Shown: piece after piece, positions 14,002-28,507 of the stretch | Position numbering within the stretch: position 1 is the stretch's first letter | Layout of the letters: the number at the start of each line of letters is the position of its first letter | Origin: Octopus vulgaris | Taxonomy: Eukaryota | Reading direction: 5' to 3' | Length of the DNA: 64,000 nt | NCBI GenBank assembly: GCA_951406725.2 | Contig: OX597832.1 | Coordinates: 11,408,001 to 11,472,000, forward strand | Translations under genes and position numbers: made by a program | Notes under the pieces: model-generated | Seen by the model: the letters and a program-made list of their open reading frames with translations, nothing else | Database searches by the model: none | What the model was told of the DNA's origin: nothing

Positions 14002-15850
14002 GTATGTATGTATGTATCTATCTATCTATCTATCTATCTATGTATGTATGTATGTATAAAATGAAAGAAAAGAGAAATAGAGAAAGATTCTAATAATGCA
14101 GGCAAGCCTTTCTATTTCAGTGGCAAAGGCCAATCTTGAAAATGAATTAGTTCAAAAATGTGTATTTACGTTGATTTCGTTAATCTATTTTAAGCCACTC
14201 GGCTTTTCGGTTAGCAGCAGCAACTCTCTAATTCTTGATGTAATCACCGCTCTTATGTATGTATATATGTGTGTGTGTGTGTATGTATGTATGTAGGTAT
14301 GTAGGTATGTATCTATGTATGTATGTATGTATGTATGTATGTATGTATGTATGTATGCATAAAGGAAAGCTCGATTCCTTTCCGGCATGTAATGCTTTTC
14401 TTACTAACTACACTTGATCCTCAATCAGAATGCACAAACTTAGACGAGGCAGTTTTTAATTTATCTTCACTTCATTCTCAAGGACAAATTCACCAGAATT
14501 CCACAGATTAATTTCATGAAATTGTTAGCAATCAATAATGAAAGTCAATCAATCGTTTATGTTGCTCTAACAGCATTTCAATAATGACATTTGAAACCGT
14601 TAAACATGTATGGCCTCAGTAGTTTTAATTAAGTGAGGAAAAATAGATATATTATTCAATTGATCCGGTGTATTGCAACTTAAATATCCCTTAAGTAAAT
14701 TCGGTAAAGTATCCAAGCGGATTATGTATATAGTTTCAATTATGGCACATTGAATTCACTATCAATACATTCTGAAATATCATATGATGTTCTGGATTAT
14801 TTAAACTCAGCACGTTAAACATATGTTAATGTTCACATTTTCCTGCTATTTAACATTTAGATGTGTCACAGAGTTTTATATATTTAGATGTGTGTTAAGA
14901 GAAGCATTGAGGGTTAAGTGACATGGCAATGATGACTATGTGTTTATGATATAATAACTGCATTAATTCACTGCAGCCATCGCTGAATTACCAGTGACAT
15001 TTTGGTGAGAGAAGCACTTAACTGAAATGTCATATCAAATTTTTATGATAAATGCTCTCTCTTTCAGAGAGACACACACACATTTATACATATACATACA
15101 TGAATACATACATACACACTTACATACATTTGTACATAAACTTAGAAATAGTCGTTTTCAAGGAAAAAGAGCAAAACAAACTGACGCAGCTTCTCCAAAT
15201 CAAATCTGTTAGTGGCACAGTGTGGATCTGTATGACGTTCCAAAATTTCTCCACGTGTGATTCCTATGTTAAATTGATGCACACACTTGGCTGTATGCAT
15301 CGATAGTTCAACCAGCACACCAACTCAACCCCATATTTACAAACACTGAGAACTCTCTTACCTCAAAAATTACTATTGCTTTGCTAGCAACTGGTCTGAA
15401 CACTCTCAAAGACTAAAATTAAACTCATAGAAAAATCATACATACATACATACATACATACATACATACATCACCTGTATCGACAAGGTATCATTGACAT
15501 CATACATTTCAAATTTCCTTTGATTTTGCCTTTCTTGTCTTGCTTGGTCCACATCATTTAACCAAACGGTTCTCTCATCGTCGAGAGACCATCTCAGTTT
15601 ACTTTCCCGATAGCTTTAGCTTGCATACCATCCAGGAACTGTACAGCGTCACCTGTCCTCTATGAATAGTTACCTATCGACCCCAGCGTAAATTATGCTT
15701 TCGGCATTCTGTGATCTCTTCTTTCATCATGTTCAATTTTCTATTTACCTCAGTTCGGATATGTTCTTGACATCAAACCTGAAGCATAGACACGAGCGAG
15801 CGTGCGCGCGCGCACACACACGCACATAGATAGATATAGATGAATTCTGC

Positions 15851-15985
15851 AAAAAATTAGATTCAGATGAATATGATACTTAAGTTGAGGTACCAGAATT
15901 TAGTACAGTATTATCCTTAGAATTTCAAAGTATGGTGATTAAAATCAAAATAAGCAACAAGGATATCCTTGTTGCTTATTTTGAT
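15851..15985 (+). repeat. Interspersed repeat fragment ending in a perfect 42-bp palindrome
   Basis: 15851-15940 is homologous to the reverse complement of 25461-25550 (AAAAAATTAGATTCAGATGAATA...CTTAAGTT..GG.ACCAGAATTTA). 15944-15985 is a perfect palindrome. Confidence 0.75.
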
Positions 15986-16099
15986 ATACATACATACATA
16001 CACACACACACACATATATATATATATACATATACCTGTTCTTTCTTTAGTCATTCACAAGAAAAATTATCTAATTTTCATTGTCTTCACTTCCGAATG

Positions 16100-16330
16100 C
16101 ACATAGCTTAGTGGTTAGGACGTTAGACTCATGATTGTAAGGATTGTGGTTTCGATTACTGTCTCTGGCGATGCGTTGTTTTCTTGAGTAAAACACTTCA
16201 TTCCACGCTGCTGCGGTCCACCCATCTGGCAAAATGAGTAATCCTGCGATGTATAGGCGTCACCCCATGGGCTAAATAAGCGTGCCACGGAAACCGGGAA
16301 ACCGGACTTACGAGTCTATAAACTAGGAAC
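16100..16330 (+). mobile_element. tRNA-derived SINE with CORE/V-like body
   Basis: A box TAGCTTAGTGGTTAGG and B box GGTTTCGATTAC, then CTTGAGTAAAACACTT...GTCCACCCATCTGGCAAAATGAGTA, which is shared with the element at 62169-62464. Confidence 0.7.
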
Positions 16331-16959
16331 GGATTATAATAATTTATCCTATTGTCTTCACATAACAATTCCAGATGTCTAGATGCTACAAACTCTCTTC
16401 TCAGAAAAGACATAAGATATAACGCATCCACTCAATACACTCGAAACGAGTGTACTGCCATATTATGCTTTTATTTTACTATTGTTTTCAGTTACTTTTT
16501 CAATTAAAGACTAACCATTTCTTCACTTTATGCTAATGCCATTACACACTTCTATTCATGCCTTCTTGATTTCGATCTCCACCCATTTTTTTACTACCTT
16601 AAATATGCCCTCCAACTATATTCTCTTCCTGTAGTTTATCACAATTATGCCCTACTTTTACACTTCAACTGTTTTTCAAATCTTTTTTTGACCTAAATCC
16701 TCTCTTCTCAATATGTACGTTCTTTAAACGAGTTCTACTCTCTCTTCTTTTATTTCCTCTCTTATTCATTGTTGTTGTTGTTCTGTTTTTTTTTTGTTGC
16801 TGCTGTTATTGCTATTACTGTTGTCGGTCTTCTCGTTTTACTGTTTTTTTTTCATTCCCTCGCCAGTACACAATTCTACTTTGGTGTTTGTGTGTGTATT
16901 TATGTATGTGTATGCCTGTAAGTTTGCACTAATATGAGTTTATACTTGGTTACATGTTT

Positions 16960-16960
16960 G

Positions 16961-16991
<31 letters not shown>

Positions 16992-17173
16992 ATCTGTATC
17001 TCTTAATCAATCAATCAGCCAATCAATCAATCAACCAATCTATCTATATATCTATCTGCCTGTATGTCTGTCTGTCTGTCTGTCTATCCGTCCGTCCGTC
17101 TGTCTGTATGTCTGTCTGTCTGTCTGTCTGTCGGTCGTCCGTCCGTCCATCTATCTATCTATCCATCATCTAT

Positions 17174-17220
<47 letters not shown>

Positions 17221-17280
17221 GCCGTCTGCCTGTCTGTCTGGACCTCCCTCACTCTCTCTCACTCTTTCATTCCCTTTTTA

Positions 17281-17339
<59 letters not shown>

Positions 17340-17340
17340 T
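16960..17340. repeat. Compound tetranucleotide (TATC/TCAA/TGTC/TCCG)n and (TA/TG)n microsatellite
   Basis: Directly visible. Confidence 0.95.
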
Positions 17341-18889
17341 GATATATTAATATATGAATGCACATATAAATATATATATGTACGCATGTATGAAAATGTG
17401 TCTGTGTGTGCGTACGCGCGCACGTGCACGTGAGCACGTATATGTGTGAATCAGCATAATTTTGTGACTATCAATTTATGTCTATATATAGATAGATACG
17501 CACTGACATACGTACATTCTATATACGTACATAAAAACACACACTCACACACACAAATAGACACACACACTCTCACATGATTATTTCAACATATGTCCGC
17601 ATATGTTGCTGAGCAAGAAACTTGAAAGCAGAAGTAATTATAATTGGATTGCTTTCTTCATCTAATATCCCACGAAGCCACAAAATATGCATAATCAAGT
17701 CCACTGCGGTGTTCGAAATCAATGAATATTAGTGAATTCACAAACATAACATCTAATTGTGCTCTGCAACGGATTAATGCTACAATGATATTAATTTTAA
17801 TTCTATCTAAGTAATTTTATATTTTGTATGTGTTTGTGTCTTTCTCTGTGTATGTGTGTGTATTAGCTTGTGTGTGTTTGTGTGTTTTCATTGCTTTTCC
17901 TTCTATATAACTCGGTATTTCTCCATGCTCATAAATTATTCCATGTCATGCAGATCTGCACTTTATTTAGCCCATTAGTTTGTTTAGGCCATGAGAACCA
18001 AGGTCAAACTAGACTACTGCTTTCTGAAGGTTTCCGAAGATGGCGTAAGCTTGGGAAACCGTTTCAACTGTTGATGCATTGGAAGCATTTAATTCGTCAA
18101 TTACAAACGAGTATTTGTTAGTTTCATTTGTGGAATATTACCTCTGGACTGGTCTAAGACTGGTAGCAGAAAGGAATAATGTGTCCATTACCCGTGGATT
18201 ACTAGGATTTAATAAAAATGTAGGCCTAATAACTGAGATATACTGGTATTTTAAAGACGAGTTATCTTCCTTTAAACCCAACCCTGCTACGGTAATATAT
18301 TGAGGAACTGCTCCAAGAGTAAGAAGCTAGCTCATACCAGGTCTTTTGATTTTTAAGAAAGATATGGAGCACAATTAATAAATGGGACAAATGATAACAG
18401 TTGCTTGAAACAGTTACATTGTAATTATCGTATTACCATTTTGTACAACTACAACGTCTTCGAGAGTAAAAATTGATCAGCATAGGGAGTTTGAAATATA
18501 ACTGACACGTACTTTTCGTTTTTATTTTAATTTTATTTTTTTTGTCAAGGAAATTTTTCTCAACATTGACTAGATTGTAACTGAGGTTGCTAAGAAAAAA
18601 TACCCGGATAACTTTTGAGGCTTGACAAAATTTTGTTCATTGTTTGATTCGAAGTCAATTTTCTCTCTCTTTGATAATTTGGCTAAAGTGGAACAAAATG
18701 AGTAATGACGAATTTAATAACTTCTCTTTATCAGCATGTTACGTATACATACCTGAAAGAGTGTCACTTCAGAGGGTCGTGAAAAAATATGAAGAGTTAG
18801 TCTGAGTTTAAACAACAATAACAACAACGAAAGCAAACATAAGAATTATTTTAACTTCTACGTGTTGCTAATATTATATTCCTATGTCT

Positions 18890-19210
18890 TTCTTCACGTT
18901 CTGAGTTCAAATTCTACCAAGATCTACCATCCCTTTCATCCTTTCGTGGTCGATAAAAATAAATACTGGTATCGATATTATAGACTTATCCCTTCCCCTG
19001 ACATTGCTGGTATTTTTGAGAAAATTTAAATCAAATTTACATTACAACGTGTATCTTTACGCTCTGAGTTCAAATTCCGCCGAGGTCGACTTTGCTTTTC
19101 ATCATGTTGCGGGGTTGTTAAAATAAGTAGTAATTGGACACTGGTGTCGATATAAATGATTTCCCACCTCCATCAAAACTGCTGGCCTTGTGCCGAATTT
19201 CGAATCCAGT
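18890..19210 (+). mobile_element. Two tandem headless family A SINE fragments (tail type A2)
   Basis: Two occurrences of ACG.TCTGAGTTCAAATTC...TTTCATC..., each followed by a C-rich...GCTGG tail. Confidence 0.7.
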
Positions 19211-19275
19211 ATTACTCCTTTCATTAATTCATGCATCGCCACCAATACATTCCCGGTTTATCAGCTGTAGTAATC

Positions 19276-19495
19276 TTATTTCTTTACTACCCACAAGGGG
19301 CTAAACACAGAGGGGACAAACAAGGACAGACAAACTGATTAAGTGGATTACATCGACCCCAGTGCGTAACTGGTACTTAGTTTATCGACCCCGAAGGATG
19401 AAAGGCAACGTCGACCTCAGCGGAATTTGAACTCAGAACGTAGCGGCAGACGAAATACCGCTAAGCATTTCGCCTGGCGTGCTAAAGTTTCTGCC
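19276..19495 (-). mobile_element. Family A SINE (A1) with 14-bp TSD
   Basis: Family A sequence flanked by the direct repeat CAGCTGTAGTAATC at 19262-19275 and 19496-19509. Confidence 0.92.
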
Positions 19496-19972
19496 CAGCT
19501 GTAGTAATCCAAAGTCATAATTGTATGTATAAATGCACTTAGATACATGAACATACAGATAGAAACACGCATTCACACGTACTTTATATACACACATGCA
19601 TGTCTACGTGTGTACGTGCGTTTGCTCGTTTGTGTATGCGTGCATGTTCGTTTGTGCGTGCGCATCTATCTATGCAGAAAGTCCATGTTTGTTAAGTAAC
19701 TGTTCTGCCATGTCTAAGACATTCACTTCTCAAGAAATAGGTCACGTGTACGGCATCGTGTCCATCCAAATGCTGTGATTGAAATAGAGCAAACGGAAAC
19801 ATAGGCATTGATTAGCAATACTTCAACTGCGCGCATGTTTCTACAAAGCACTGCAACCATTTTCGCCAAGGCAACACAAAAGCAAATCGCTTCCCTCAAC
19901 AAATAAGCATATTGTGGACGTCGAAAACGAAGTAAAAAAAAAAAAAAAAAAAAAAAGTGTGCCTCATTCTCA

Positions 19973-20059
<87 letters not shown>

Positions 20060-20704
20060 TGCAAGTGCGAATGTGCTTGTGAATGCGCGACAGTGTGTGT
20101 GACTTTGTCTTTCTTTCTCCTCCTCTCTTTTTCTCTGTATATATATATACATATACGTATATGTATGTATGTATATAGCATTGTCTTACAGTAGCAAGCC
20201 ACAACACACAACACTGTGACATGCGTTCCTTATAGACGTATGGTGCTAAAAGCACAATTGTATATCAGTGTCAGACGAAAAGCATAGTTTATATATATAT
20301 ATATATCTGTGTGTGTGTGTGTATAATGCATGCTTTCACTGTATTTAGTTATGTGTTAGCAATTCAACATCGCTCTCTGTAGTTTAATATTTTCAAATAT
20401 ATTTCTTAGTGATAGAGAATGATTAAAAATTGATAATAAATAAATGGATGTTTCCTACTTGAAATCTCTTTTATTTGTTTATTTATTTACTTATTTATTT
20501 ATCTATTTATGTATTTATAGTTGTTGTTTTTTTTATGAATCGTGTTATCAGCTGAAAAGAGAACCACCTCAATGCAATATATAGATATAGATAGAGATAG
20601 AGATACACATTTCAATACACACACACATACACACATATATATATATATATATGTACATATACATATATTTGTATGTATATATGTATGTATACAGGAAGAT
20701 AAAC

Positions 20705-20758
<54 letters not shown>

Positions 20759-21116
20759 ACACACTTATATATACATGATCATAATTTATTTTCTACATCT
20801 AATCAGAAAAAAAGATCTAGACACTGTAAACTTGATCTTAGACGAACTTATATCAGGCAATTTCAAAATAACTGATAAATAAAACAAACATAAAATCCAA
20901 TCAGATTAAATGGGGAAAAAAAATCTCTACACTCGCTCCATTCTATAACGTTATACATTTATGCATATATGTGTGACTGTGTGCACGCGAGCGTGTGTGT
21001 GTATGTGTGTGTGTTTGTAGATATAACGCCACATACACGAGTAAGCATTGTTTGTGTGTATGTGTATATTTAAATATATATATATACAAATACACATATT
21101 CTCACACACATATATA

Positions 21117-21148
<32 letters not shown>

Positions 21149-21318
21149 CGTATGTAATGTTCATTGTGTAGTTTGTGTGTGAGATAATGTTCCTGGATGA
21201 AGGTGAATATAAACTAATATATTTAATATCAAACTCATATCAGAATATAACTTTACTTGATATTTCGATAGACAAAAATACACACGTATATGTACATGCA
21301 ATACATATACATATGTCT

Positions 21319-21359
<41 letters not shown>

Positions 21360-21789
21360 CACACACACACACACACAAATATATATAGATATATATGTAT
21401 ATATGGGCATGTATGTGTGTGTGGAATGAGATTTGGTATATGGCTTTGGTGGAGATGGTAAAGAAAAAATCGTAGACATATTAAAAAAAAAACGAAATAC
21501 ATAGAATATCAACATATAAAGTAAAAATAGTTTTCTTCATAACATTTTAATTAAAATGACAAGTATTATTTAGCGAATAAAAATAAAACATTTAGTACCC
21601 TCTTTCCGCATTGCACACGCACTCGCGCGCGCACACATCTATGTTCACTTACAGTCTCTCTAATATATGTGCGAGAGGGTGTATGTGTAAATGTGTAAAT
21701 GCCACAATACATGCAAGCTTGCCTATATGTTGGCACACACAAATTCCCACGTCTATGTATGTGTGTGTGTGTGTTTGTGTATCAGGCTG

Positions 21790-22620
21790 AGTAAAAACTA
21801 AGCAACATTTTGAAATATGAAATACATCACAATATATTTCAACAATGCGGAAGTTTTATACATCAAATTACCATTACAATCAATGCATTTTTGCCATTGA
21901 GTTAGAATTTCCTTTATTCTGGTAACATAAAAATCTGGAGTTTTGGTGCTCATGAACTCTTCTAACGCACTTTCATCATCGGTTTTATTTAGGAACACCT
22001 TCTCTCGCAGGAAACAGCCAATGTGCTTGAAATAGTGGTAATCGATAGGGGAATTGTCAGGGGAATAATCTGAGTGGGGAAGAGCTTCGTAGACAAGTTC
22101 CCTCAACTTCTGGATCGTCATCAGTGAAACGTAATGTGGTCGAGCATTGTCCTGAAGAATGATTTCCCCTCTTCTGTTGACCAGACTGGGACGGAGAGGT
22201 AGTGGCTATTCGTTCATTTTGGCAACATCATGGCAATATATATTTCTGCAGTAATGATTTTTCTCGGGTTTTAAGAAGTTATAGGAGATGATTCCAACAG
22301 TACACCACCAAACAGTCACTATGATTTTCTTTTTAAGAGCTCCGATTCAGGGAAGGTTTTTGGTGCTTCATTTTGGTCCAGTCACTGTGAAGAACGTATT
22401 TTATTATTGTGTAGGATACACTTTTCATCACAAGTCGAGAAATGGATTAGTCTGGTAACGGAGAAGAAGCGAGAGGCAAGTTTTATATCTGCACATATTC
22501 TGATTTTCATTCAAATCGTGTGGTACCCATGTATCGAGCTTATATGCAAATGGTTGCAGGCAGTTTTCTAGTTAACTTGAAGTTGTTTTGCTATTTATCT
22601 AGTGATTTTACGTGGTCAGA
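21790..22620 (-). pseudogene. Decayed mariner (DD34D-type) transposase
   Basis: Minus-strand translation across frameshifts and stops gives KLDTWVPHDL, TCDEK, IVTVWW, IILQDNARPH, LPHSDYSPDNSPIDYHYF and WQKCIDCNG, all mariner hallmark motifs. Confidence 0.9.
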
Positions 22621-23112
22621 TGTTAGGGGTGATGTGGTCGCAGAAATTCTCTGTCAGCCATGACTGGCTTCCTCTGCTTATGTGGCATGGTGTAGAGTTC
22701 TGTTGTCAAACATAGGATCTTCAAGTAGCCACTCCCTTGAACCAGAGCAGCACTACTTCCTCCAGACACTTGATGTAGGCCGCCCTGTAGAGTCTGAGGC
22801 CGTGTGGGAAAATGCATGGAGGCTTAAAGTCGCCATCACTAGTAATCACTGCAAATACCATGATGCTTGATTTTTTATCATTCAGATTGACATCCAAACA
22901 CAGTGAAATGTTCGTATTGGAGCTTCCGGCGTGGATGCTAAGCAGTACAACATGTCCTTTCCAAATTTATGGCAGAGTGAATTGCGTCATGGTGCTGTTT
23001 TTCTCACAGACGGTGCCCAAATGACCCTATATTGTGTAGTAGACAAAATATAAAAGAAACAATGCGCATGTGCGAAATTAAAAAAAAATATGGCGACAAT
23101 TTACACATCGCA
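22621..23112 (-). pseudogene. Internally deleted Tc1/mariner-superfamily (DD37D/maT-like) fragment
   Basis: Minus-strand translation IMVFAVITSDG..PPCIF..YIKCLEEVVL.W...YV*QQNSTPCH...SWLTENFCDHITPN resembles the QQDSAPCH...WPPNSPD region and has in-frame stops. Confidence 0.75.
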
Positions 23113-23119
23113 AGCTCTT

Positions 23120-23199
<80 letters not shown>

Positions 23200-23207
23200 T
23201 ATGCATA

Positions 23208-23238
<31 letters not shown>

Positions 23239-23245
23239 TTTATAA

Positions 23246-23276
<31 letters not shown>

Positions 23277-24331
23277 ACGAATGTGCAAATATTTATATGC
23301 AGCATTATGTATATATGCATATATATATATATATATATAAATGTGTATGCGTTTGTGTGCGTATAGAAACTTGAGAGACCTTGCCAACCTTGCTGTCTTA
23401 TAAGTCATTTTCGTATGTATGCTTTTCGAACCACTCAGAATACGTTAAGATCGAATCTTAACAATATTTTGTAAAAAAACAATAATGGTTCATTTTTTTC
23501 TCTTTTTTCAGAATATGGTAGTCATGATATATTGTGACGTTAATGCTTTTTACTTGAAAAAAAAATATTCTACTAGTATAATTAAACATATATTGCGTTA
23601 TGTTGACTTTCGAGTAAGTTATATTTTGTTCCATATTACTCACCGTATTACAAACGAACAATATCGATTTTTTTCTAGTGTAGGAGCACTAATTCATGTC
23701 TAAATGTGAGAGAAAAATTTATATTTTGACCTTTGAATCTTTCTAAAAACATTCTGTGTTAGGTATTGCGGCGGTTTAATGGATAAAGTCAAAAACAGAT
23801 ACTGATGTGTAACCCCGATGAACATACTGTTGGACTTGGTATGTCATAAGTAAGCTTACGATTTATTCCTCCGAGATATTAATTTGTATAATAAACTACC
23901 GAAGACGCATAGATTGTTAACGTTAGAGTAGTGTTTATTTTGACATTTATCTAGCATAGATTTTCCTTTCAATTATTTTTTCCTTCAATTTATTTCTCAG
24001 TATATTTTGTACTATTCATAATATATGGAGTCAGAAGATTGAACACGGTAATTCAACCAGTTGTTTACACATACACAAGCATAAATACTCACGTCTGTAC
24101 TGATATGCTAGTGTCCTTATGTTACATTGTGAAATGCTTGCTTTAGGGAGAGCGACAGATATAGGAAGAAGAAAACAAAAACTACAGGAACAGTGAAAAA
24201 GGAATATAATAGCGGTAAGAGATAGGAAACTAGGAAAACACAATTATGTTAAATGACGACTAGATATTTAGTTTTCGGAAGAGGCGAAAGCAGAGAGACA
24301 GAGACAGAAGGAAGTGAATTTCAATGAGGGG

Positions 24332-24409
24332 TGTAACCGTGAGATCAGAAGAAAAGATGTAACCGTGAGATCAGAAGAAATGATGTAACCGTGAGATCAG
24401 CAGAAAAGA
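24332..24409. repeat. 3 x 26-bp tandem repeat
   Basis: The unit TGTAACCGTGAGATCAGAAGAAAAGA starts at 24332, 24358 and 24384. Confidence 0.9.
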
Positions 24410-24794
24410 GAGTAGAGGAAATGCTACAGACATAATCACACGAAAACATACACAAACATGATATACAGAGAAGGGTAGCAATGATGGTGGATGCTTCATC
24501 GGTAAAAGTAATGGTCAATGAAATAGCGGTGATAAAAATTCTGATGTTTTGATTGAAATAATTCTTTTAATTATTAATACCTTAGACTATAATCTTAATT
24601 GCAATAAATTGTCGTCTGCTAAAACAAAATTTATGTTATCATGGAAGCCATACTGTCTATATTATTCGTAAGACAGTCGCCTGTTAAATAATTATTATTA
24701 AAAATTGAATATCTTTAAATCACTTAGTGTTTTAATATTTGTAAGAGGAAAACCATATTATAAAGTCATGTACAAGAAATGTAGTCCTCTAGTA

Positions 24795-25125
24795 CAGTGG
24801 TCGGCGAACCGGGATAAATTACTCTAAATGGGGTAAAAAGAAAATTCTTGGGAATAATGTATATTTATTAGACATAAGTAAAATTATATAAGAAAAAAAC
24901 GCTTTCCTTTTTACGACAGAAATTTTCCTTCTGGCAACACTTCATATGTTCAAAGTAATGGACGTGTAAATAGATTCCTATAAACAGATTCAATGAAGTA
25001 AACACATTCAATAAACCTTTTGAATTCAAAAAATCTATTATTTTCTTCTTTTCAAATCAAGGGGGTAACGTCGGCGTAATTAAATATATTCTGGGGTAAC
25101 TAATTAAAATGTTCCCCTAATTCTG
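24795..25125. mobile_element. Non-autonomous hAT (Charlie-like) MITE
   Basis: Starts CAGTGGTCGGCGAAC and ends GTTCCCCTAATTCTG (imperfect TIRs). It is flanked by a perfect 8-bp TSD, CTCTAGTA (24787-24794 and 25126-25133). Confidence 0.8.
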
Positions 25126-25460
25126 CTCTAGTAGAATTCATATACAGTCCATTCTGTATGGTTTGTGGTTCCATTCAATCAGCTAGTAGATTTTAACTAC
25201 ATGGTTGCGAACCAATATTCTTCTATTTCGTCTACGCATTTCGGTACCCCGACGAATTGATAGTGCGCAGTGATAGGTGTCTTGAGATATATATTCTAAT
25301 CCCAAGGAAACTCTAACAGATGACATTAAGAAAGTTTCCGACTTACTAGGAAATTTGGCTAACCACTCTGCAGAACAAATAGCAATTTTGATGTTCAGTA
25401 AACATACACATATGCATGTAAACCAATTAATCTATCTACGTAGAGATATATCAAAATGTT

Positions 25461-25550
25461 AATCACCTTATTTTAAATTGTATGGATAATTACCATATTA
25501 AATTCTGGTGCCTTAACTTAAGTACCTTATTCATCTGAATCTAATTTTTT
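25461..25550 (-). repeat. Second copy of the repeat at 15851
   Basis: The reverse complement aligns to 15851-15940. Confidence 0.75.
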
Positions 25551-25582
25551 ATGTATATATATATATGTATATATATATATAT

Positions 25583-25636
<54 letters not shown>

Positions 25637-26959
25637 ATACATATAATATTTGTAAACAAACCCGAAGGATTTGCAGGTTACGGAGAAAGAGCGACTATAT
25701 GGATGCGATTCTGGGGTGGGTTAGCTCATCAGTTTTTCAATGAATTGTCTAGGTAAATGTCGCTTTAGATCGGAGCATATCATGATATATTATTCTGTAG
25801 TTAACATTATTACAATACAAACATATCTAAAAATATACACATATATACATACATATATATGTGTGTGTATGCATGTTTATGTGTGTGTTATATTAAAATT
25901 ATAAATCACTCCATGAGTGTGTATATACATATACATAGGTACGCATATATATATATATGAGTGTGTGTGTGTATGTATACCTACATACAGATATACAAAT
26001 ATATACATACATGTATGTCTGTTTGTATATGTATATACATACACATGTACATGCGTATGCATATATAATATATATATATATATATGCATATGGGAGGTCG
26101 CTGGAAGTCTGTATAGGTATGTAAATAGCAATTTATTTTTCTTTCAGGAATTTCTAGGAATGTGCATGTTGTGTATCTAAAAACCTCGGATGTTTGTGTA
26201 GCGACTATGTATACAATAAGGATTATATATATATATATATATATATGCGTATCTGCACCGGTGTGTTTGTAGAGTGGTGAATTATGTTCTTAGAGATGAA
26301 TAAATTTCTATAACTTTACTAATTTACACCAACTTTGATCTCACAATCTTGGCATTTAATAGATTTCTACCAACATGTTTGAGAATATTGTGATACGCAT
26401 CTAGTTACGCATTGATTCTGATCAAAGATTTCTTTCATCTTGATTCACTGAAGAATCTATCGATAGTCTCATTTCAAAGCCCGGCGTGAATTTACTCATT
26501 TACTCTATATATGCACACTTAACATATCGCTTAATACTGCTGGATTGTTTTCTAACTCAGCGAACACTCATTCTTGAAACGCAACGGCTTTACATACAAT
26601 TAACAGTATGCCTTTGATACAGTGCAAAGAGATGGTGACGTGAAGGTAATACTAATAATGGGATATAATCACTTAGAATATGAGTAGATTAGTGCTTTTA
26701 TGCTTTGGCAAGATTCAATGGAGTAAAAGTAGAAAAGGACAAACAAATCAATGAAGGGTGTGTTCAACCGTCTCTTTTGCGCTTTGACTGACTTTGGCAG
26801 AAGCTTTAGGTATTCCTCCAGACCATAGCACTTTGATACAACACAATTTATGTTTTATAATAATAATATAAGTATGTACGATATTCTTAAAGGCGACACA
26901 CCGTATAATATCGACAAAGACGCAACGGCGATCATGTCCTTCATTTTATCTCACGTGCG

Positions 26960-27710
<751 letters not shown>

Positions 27711-28507
27711 GTGTGTAAATGTTACATGTTATATATTTTATGTATTATTTTTTTTTAAATATAATTTATACTTTCTTTCGGTGTTCTGTCATCATAAAAC
27801 CATGCTGTTTTGCTATGCTATCGCGAAAAGATTAATCTATAAAGCATGACTTGAAATCGCTGAAAAATAAATAAATGAATAAAACCAGACCCACACAGCA
27901 GGTGTCAGCGAAATGTTCAAATGATAGAATGACGGCAGTAGTTCAGCTCTCGATCTGAAATACATTATCAGGAACTATTAGAAATAAATTTCCCTGTCTT
28001 ATTGTTCACTCAAAGACAAAAATTAGCATACCTCTTAATATATTCGCTGATCATACAAAACCATTATCGGTTTTTATGAGTTATTAATAGTGGTATAAAA
28101 TAAATGAATGCACATTACTGTTTTTTTAAAAAATATTTTACTTGAATTTGCTTGTTTTTTTAAAATAGAAATTTAGAAATTAAAATGTAAATTGTAAAAG
28201 GAACAATATAGTATTACGGAATTTTAATTGCAATATCTAAGAAATAATATGCATTTAGTATTTAGAACATACTAACACTTTTCCTAAACGACTGTAACCT
28301 GGAGGTGATCTTCATGGCAAAACGATACTTTAACATACATTTTCGATTCGTCTCATTAAAAAACGCTAAACGAATTTCGCATTTTAAAATATTTTTTGTG
28401 TCCTTTTTATTCTTTATGGCGTTCACGAGATGATGAATGATAATGTAGTCACGATAGACAAGTTTTATATCAAGAGGTTGTCTATACCTGAATATACATT
28501 ATCTATA

